From NCBI GenBank assembly GCA_964016885.1, contig OZ024746.1:75082001-75146000 (forward strand): a DNA stretch of 64,000 nt, read 5' to 3'. The notes beneath the pieces were generated by a model. The model saw nothing but the letters and a program-made list of their open reading frames with translations, was not told the origin of the DNA and ran no database searches. This document shows, piece after piece, positions 56,382-64,000 of the stretch. The number at the start of each line of letters is the position of its first letter. The first letter of the stretch is position 1. The position numbers were made by a program, and so were the translations under genes. The stretch is from Eledone cirrhosa (lineage: Eukaryota).

Positions 56382-57771
56382 TTAGAATTTGTTCAAAGGG
56401 TATTTGTCATTATTAATAACAATCTTTCTATAATAAACTTGTAAATATATAGTTTTCCAGATAAATATAAACATTGCCTTACTAATACTAGTTAGGTTAT
56501 GTGAGCAGAATTGTAGAATTATAAATTAAGTGATGGATGTAGCGATAGATATGGTTGCAAAAAGAGTAACATTCTAGAATCTACATTGAATTAAATATGT
56601 ATGGCCGTACACTGGCAAGTGAATGCAACTGTATAGATAAAAGAATAGAGAGTCCTAACTAATATTATCGGTAGAGGGTCGGACGCCATGCTTTCCAGCA
56701 CAGTTACGTCTCTTTACTGTCTGAGTTCAAATCCCGTCGAGGTTCACTTTGCCTTTCATCCTTACGGGGTCGATAAAATAAAGTACCAGTAATGAACTGG
56801 AAAATTGCTGGCCTTGTGCCAAAAGTAGAAACAATTATAATTTGTTATCCATCGCTAATGTGTCATCACATATAAATATGTCTATGATGAATATAAACAC
56901 AAAATGATTTAAAGTATGTGTATATCAACTGAAAGGCATATGTTTATGTCTATATAAAACAAGTACATAAAAAGTGATATGTTGACGTATGACATGAGTG
57001 CAAGTATATGTCCACACACACCTATATAAGTACATTTACAGTAAACAAGGAAAATAAATTATAGGTTCTTTTTAAAGTATTGTTGCAGAAAGAATCATAG
57101 TTATTCCATTTGTGTTTTACAAACCTTTTAAATATACCTTTTAATGTGAGTTGTTATTTGTTGGTGTTGCAGGTATGTTGATTTTACTGTTTGTGTGTAT
57201 TTTTAAATGCGTGTTATGTGGAAATATTTCTGGTAAATTTTCTTAATTTGCTGACATTCGTTTTCTTAGTTTACTTGTTCTGTTCAAACGGTTTTTGATT
57301 GACTTTCACGGATCAGAGCAATTGTCAAATTACTCCTTCGCTCCTTTTTATTCTGTCCTGGCACATTTTCATCAGGGAATATTTTTGTCGAGGTGTCATA
57401 CCTGTACTCCATTAACAATTCAAGGAATCGTACACCATCAATGCAGACATTCAGCAAGGGAACAGCAACGTATCCATAGTGAAATGTATCATATAACAAG
57501 AGGCAAACCAAAATTAAAATAGTTGTGCTTCAGGTGACATACAACACAGATTTCCTTCATTATATATTTGAAATGTTGAAATCCAAACAAAGATACGCTA
57601 CAATGATATTAGCGTTTGAAAATCAGGTAAAATGCCCTGCTTGCCATTTATTTTCTGTCCTAAGGGCATTTAACTCAATTTTCTAACGCTATTATCAGTG
57701 TAGAGGATCTGCGTTTGGATTTCAACATTTCAAATTTCAATCATTCAATCACCTCGATAAATCGTAATACA

Positions 57772-57828
<57 letters not shown>

Positions 57829-57838
57829 ATTATATATA

Positions 57839-57930
<92 letters not shown>

Positions 57931-58156
57931 GGGATAACAGATTATTGTTATAGGTAGTCCACTTAAGTGTAGTCCAGTTAGGGTACTCCAAGTAGTGGAT
58001 GATATCAACGCTTGGCTAAGTTTGACTCAACAAGGCGTTTCCATAGTGATGCTGCGAGTACGCGGTGATTTCTATGTTGTTAACACTTGGAGTAATGATA
58101 AATCAGGAAAGAAGAGTGACACGGTTTGCTATACAAAAAAGGTTTTTAATCTCATT

Positions 58157-58251
58157 GCTGACAATTGTTTCTCTGAACTGGTAGGTCTAGAGATCGCTAC
58201 CCGCTTGTTTTCGCGTCATTCGATCACCAATACCAGTCAATTCATCAGAGC
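58157..58251 (-). ncRNA. Type I hammerhead ribozyme (degenerate inverted relative at ~60024-60133)
   Basis: gct-CTGATGA-a-ttgactgg...ccagttca-ga-GAAA-CAATTG-TC-agc. Confidence 0.6.
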
Positions 58252-59068
58252 TTGTGAGAATGAAAGGAATATACAGGCATGGCTTCTATATATAGTAATG
58301 GCATTCAATCAGAACAATAACAACAATACTAACAATGCTAGCAATAAATTATTTGAAATAATCACAACATCAATCTAAGTAAGAAACATAGTATATCTAC
58401 GACTTTAGCGTGTAAAACTAGCTGACATGAGGCAGATGTATGAAATTGACACGTAAAAGTTGTCATGGGGTGTATTATATATAGTGTAAAGATAAGCCGG
58501 TGGCTTTAAACAATGTAGGTCTGGTGACCGTAAGAATTATTTATTATCTGACAGATGAAATATTTATCATTGTAGTGAGGATAGTAATATTTGTGGTGTG
58601 AGGTGGGTTCAATATTCATGTGGTCTATATTAGATGAAGGTATTATTAGTTCGAATCATGGGGTTGTTTAGCTTTCACATCATCAATAACATACATGTAT
58701 AAGATAACATTAACAGAGTAGCAATATAATAGGTAAGTTAATACAGAAGTTAAGGAGGCTATATATAAAGAGAAAACATGCTGACTACAATTATAACAGG
58801 AGGAAGGTGATGTTTTACTGTAGTAATATTCTGAAATGTACTTGGATTTAGGTTCATGTGTTGAGAGTCAAGGGTGAGGAAGTTGTGTTGACAGCAGCTG
58901 AGAAGGGATATATTTATGGGTTGATAAGATACTTGCAGACATTACTGTGGTATAGAATTAAGAAGGCTAGAATTTACTTAATGAATATAGTTCTGCGGTG
59001 GTCCGTGTAATATTGTGGATATCATATGTTGAATGCTAAGTTATGTCGGTTCGATAACCTGTTATCCC

Positions 59069-59134
<66 letters not shown>

Positions 59135-59136
<2 letters not shown>

Positions 59137-59632
59137 TGTTATACTTTGGGAGGGTCATGTAGCCAATAAGAAACACACGCACCAGTTGCTTTCACTTCAA
59201 TTTATTATATATTTATAAATTTATAAATTTACAAATCTACAAATTTATAAATTTCTGGTTGGTTGGTTGGTTCCACAACCAGATAGTTGTTTATATATAG
59301 TCATAGTCCTTTCGTCACACACTCTGTGACCTCTTCAGTGACTGGGGATTCCTTTCTTTGTTTCTGTGCCTTTCCTTTCTTCTGTCCTACGCCATTTTGT
59401 TTCTGTGTGTGTGTTGTGTGCTCAGTTTGCGCATGCGCCACATCCGGGTGTCTGTTTGTGTTCATTTATCTATTTGTTTATTTATTTACATGTTGTTGGT
59501 TGGTTGTTTGTTCTATGTGTGTGTGTGTTTTCATTTTGTCCTTAATTGTAAGTTGTGATGTTGCTGTTCCACTCATATTTTTATATGTTCCACTCATATT
59601 TTATATGTTCCACTCATATTTTATATGTTCCA

Positions 59633-59637
<5 letters not shown>
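59135..59637 (-). mobile_element. Solo PLE pseudo-LTR of the same family, flanked by (TA)n, with hammerhead at 59299-59343
   Basis: Near-identical to 10198-10650. Ends in short tandem repeats of tatgttccactcatatttta. Confidence 0.88.
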
Positions 59638-59727
<90 letters not shown>

Positions 59728-60307
59728 GGGATAACAGGTTATCGTTATAGGTAGTCCACTTAGATGTAGTCCAGTTAGAGTACTCCGTGTTGTGGATGTT
59801 ATTAACGTAATGTAACCTATAGCAGTTTTCACATGTCAATTTCATACATCTGTATTATATCAGTTCGTTTAATATGCTAGATTCATCATTATACTCTATT
59901 TCTTACTTATATTGATGTTATTTTAACTATTCAGTATCTAGTTATTTTATTATTGATATTATTGTTCTGGTTTAATACTACTCCTCTATAAAAGCCATGC
60001 CTGGAGTATCTTCCTCACTTTCGCACGCTGTGATGAAACGAATGGTTATAAACAAAGTATTGGAGATCGATTGACGCAACATCAAGCGATTAGCGAACTC
60101 TAGACCTACCAGATCAAAGAAACAATTACCAGCAATGTGAATAAAGCTCTTATTGTATAGCCAACTATGTCACTCTTCTTTCTTGAATTATATATATATA
60201 TATATGCATGTATGTATGCATGTATGTACGTATATATGCATACATATGTAAGACAGTATATTCAGCGGTATGAGTGCGTAATCACACGCACACACACACA
60301 TATCGAT

Positions 60308-60551
<244 letters not shown>

Positions 60552-61009
60552 CTGTATATTAATAGATGTAAATATATTTTTTGTAATTTATCTTGACGAT
60601 TTTATTCATAGAAATCATTCCTTTCTCTAACAGTCACAAATATTCTTTATCGGAATCAAAACTGTTCGAGGGATTTTGTAATATAGGTGACTACGTTAAT
60701 ATGCACACACACACACATACACACACACACACACATGTATATATATATATATATATATATATACATCTGTGTGAGTGTGTTTGTGATTGTGTGCGTATGT
60801 GTACGCACTCATACCGCTGAATATACTGACTCACATATGTATGCATATATATACGTACATATATAGATATATACATGCATACGCAGATACATACATACAT
60901 ACATACATACATATAGACATTCAATACATACATACATACATACATACATACATACATACATACATACATACATACATACAAATCCAGTTTACAAATCCAG
61001 TATCCAAGA

Positions 61010-61200
61010 TACACCTTTAGCTTCATACCCATCATTATTGGTGCTACGGGTTATATACCAACCCGCTTGGACCAAAGTATGACCGAACTTGGATTTGCGG
61101 ACAAAAAGCGCAGCTCCCTAATTCATAGTCTACAAATGGCTGCGATAGCTGGCACCTTCGAAATTTGCAAAACATTCTTGCGATTCAAGGGATGACAATT
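61010..61200 (+). mobile_element. R4/Dong-like LINE C-terminal fragment
   Basis: IPIIIGATGYIP...LQMAAIAGTFEICKTFL. Confidence 0.55.
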
Positions 61201-61294
61201 TCTTTTCTTTTACAACCTTGCCACCAGGAAGGTGGCCGGTCAAAAAAATATACTCGAAATTAAGAGAAAGAGAAAACATACATACATACATACA

Positions 61295-61326
<32 letters not shown>

Positions 61327-61584
61327 GACATTCAATACATACATACATACATACATACATACATTCAATACATACATACATACATACATACATACATACA
61401 TACATACATACATACATACATACATTCAATACATATACTTTCGCACATGCAGGCAAACATATATACAAAGAAGTGTCTTTGAATAGAATCGGCTCCGCAT
61501 GAAATCTGTCTTATTCAACCCAGAAAGTAAACATATATTTCAAAACATAACTACACACTAGATAACACACAAACACACACAGGT

Positions 61585-61653
<69 letters not shown>

Positions 61654-61753
61654 AATATATATGTGTATGTGTGTGTGTGTGTGAGCGTGTATGTATGGAT
61701 GTATAAATATGTATGTATGTGTGTATATATTTATATATATATATATAGATGTG

Positions 61754-61831
<78 letters not shown>

Positions 61832-61836
61832 TATAT

Positions 61837-61905
<69 letters not shown>

Positions 61906-62034
61906 TTTGAGGTTCACCACTGGATAGAGCTGGTCAATTCCGTATGGTCAATCTTAATATGGAGAGTACTCAACGTAAAGCAGCTCAACCGTCTTTGTTT
62001 TTGTAGTTAGTGGTGCTATTACGGAGGTAAATAT

Positions 62035-63614
62035 TATAATAAAATGACAGGAGGCTGGACTTGTGTAAATCCTTGAAAGGTTTATTATACTATGATCATT
62101 TCAATGACCGGGTTCCGTATGAATCCGCTGATATCATCTGGTATTCGAAATATAACAAATGAATGCAATAGATAAAATCCATGGGGCTGAAAATCATAGA
62201 CCTGGAGGACGACCGACCACCTAGCATCTTCCACCTTAGCCGGTCCCCCTCAAGTGCTGGCTATTCAGTTTACTTGAGGCAATCTAGTGAGGGGGCTAAA
62301 GCTTATAGTGTGCTACTAACCTCCGGGTCAAATAGAAGAAAGACATAAAGGAAGAGGAAGATAAGTCAGCGTTAATATCATGCTACAAGAAAAAAGACAG
62401 AAAGAAAGAGGAAGAAAATGAAGAAGAAGAAAAGTCAACGTTAATGTCGAGCTACAAGAAGAAAGACAGAAAGAAAGAGGAAGAAAAGTCAGTACTGATG
62501 TCATGCTACAGTCAGGCCAGGAATGCCGCGAAAAAAATTTTTTTCTAAAGGATCCGTATCTTAAGAGAGGTATATATTATAACAGAGGTAAATATAGTGC
62601 GGGTCTGCATGTTATAATGTGTGAGCAGAGGATTGGAACGTTAAATTTTTGTTTAGATTTATAGGATGAAGTTACAAAAATTTAAGATTAACATTATAAA
62701 ATTAAAGAAATTAGAAAATTGAAAATTAAACAGTTTAAAATTTTTAAGGTTTTGGGTTGCGAGGTTTAGGTAAAGAAACTTTTATGAAGAAACTTTAATT
62801 GTATTATAGAGTAAAGATTATGTCTTTGTTTAGCAGTCAAACAGCATGCGGCGACTGCAGACCACATCCAGCCCATCCTAACCGCGTGTCAGCCATTCCG
62901 AGTGAGATCGCTTAAGCAAAAGATGTGGAAATCAATTTTTCAAAGCACTCTAGGAATGTATATCAGGCTTCAGGTGTGCTAGTGGGAAGTCAGCCCTCGT
63001 CGTTAGGCCATCCTTGTACCAAACCAGTACTATTAATTTACCCAGGAGGGGCATTTGTTTAAGTAGAGGGAGGCATGATACATCTAATAGTTATGATTAG
63101 GTCTATAATTTAAAGGTACTATATGGCGGTCAAACACCGGCTGCGCGCCGGGCCCCTTGGGCCAATCAAGCCGCTCCGAGTAATGTTTGACCGCCATATA
63201 GTACCTTTAAATTAACGCTGACTTTTCTTCTTCTTCCTTTTCTTCCTCTTTCTTTCTGTCTTTTTTCTTGTAGCATGATATTAACGCTGACTTATCTTCC
63301 TCTTCCTTTCTGTCTTTCTTCTATTTGACCGGGAGGTTAGTAGCACACTATAAGCTTTAGCCCCCTCACCAGATTGCCTCAAGTAAACTGAATAGCCAGC
63401 ACTTGAGGGGGACCGACTAAGGTGGAAGATGCTAGGTGGTCGGTCGTCCTCCGGTCTATGATTTTCAGCCCCATGGATTTTATCTATTGCATTCATTTGT
63501 TATATTTCGAATACCTGATGATATCACGGGATTCATACGGAACCCGGTCATTGAAATGATCATAGTATAATAAACCTTTCAAGGATTTACACAAGTCCAG
63601 CCTCCTGTCATTTC

Positions 63615-63622
<8 letters not shown>
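62035..63622. mobile_element. Element with ~410-bp terminal inverted repeats containing hammerheads (PLE-derived)
   Basis: 62035-~62445 is the reverse complement of 63213-63622. Internal hairpin at 63105-63212; (TA)n at the right end. Confidence 0.75.
63511..63568 (+). ncRNA. Type I hammerhead ribozyme (mirror copy 62087-62144 has core mutation CAGATGA)
   Basis: atac-CTGATGA-tatcacggg..cccggtcatt-GAAA-TGATCA-TA-gtat. Confidence 0.7.
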
Positions 63623-63666
<44 letters not shown>

Positions 63667-63704
63667 TCTCAGACACCAAACCGAGTATTTCCATGTTAGT
63701 GTGC

Positions 63705-63735
<31 letters not shown>

Positions 63736-63779
63736 AACATATGTATGCGCTCACTAACACGGTAATACTTAGTTTCGCG

Positions 63780-64000
63780 TTTGAGAGCAGGGTTAGCCCA
63801 TTGGCAGTAAAGGATCATATTTTCGCATCTCTTAGTCGTTTGGAAATGAGAGGTGGGGTGGCACTGCTGTTCAGTAAAGTTCTGGATCTCGAGGTTATGA
63901 TGATCTACCTGGACCCAGCCGTTAAGTTGGCAGTGCTGGACGTGAGCAATAACGCAGGTGATGCTTATAGACTAGTGATAGCATAACATTGTATGTCTTC
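63780..64000 (+). mobile_element. Tx1/L1-like APE endonuclease fragment
   Basis: GGVALLF..IYLDPAVKLAVLDV..AYRLV. Confidence 0.55.

Overview
AT-rich, microsatellite-dense animal genomic DNA. The repeat families suggest a coleoid cephalopod, probably Octopus (inference). The only host genes I can support are three tandem, minus-strand, two-coding-exon paralogs (5988-8389, 21316-24125, 47352-51799). Each encodes a secreted protein of about 151-159 aa with two six-Cys CBM14/peritrophin-A-type chitin-binding domains. The rest is mobile DNA: several Penelope-like retroelement (PLE) families inserted at (TA)n, often with inverted ends; many tRNA-headed SINEs; RTE, R4/Dong and Tx1 LINE fragments; two hAT MITEs with 8-bp TSDs; and a Helitron 3' end. 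Three observations stand out. (1) A PLE copy at 30806-31058 carries roughly 55-60 strand-specific A-to-G changes (hand count) relative to sister copies in this window, and the changes stop at its ribozyme. It looks like an ADAR-hyperedited RNA written back into the genome. (2) More than a dozen type I hammerhead ribozyme motifs occur, several with palindromic stem III and unusually long stem II. (3) The CBM14 paralogs are mosaic: exon 2 is nearly identical between two copies, and all of its differences are nonsynonymous. All alignments and counts were made by eye.
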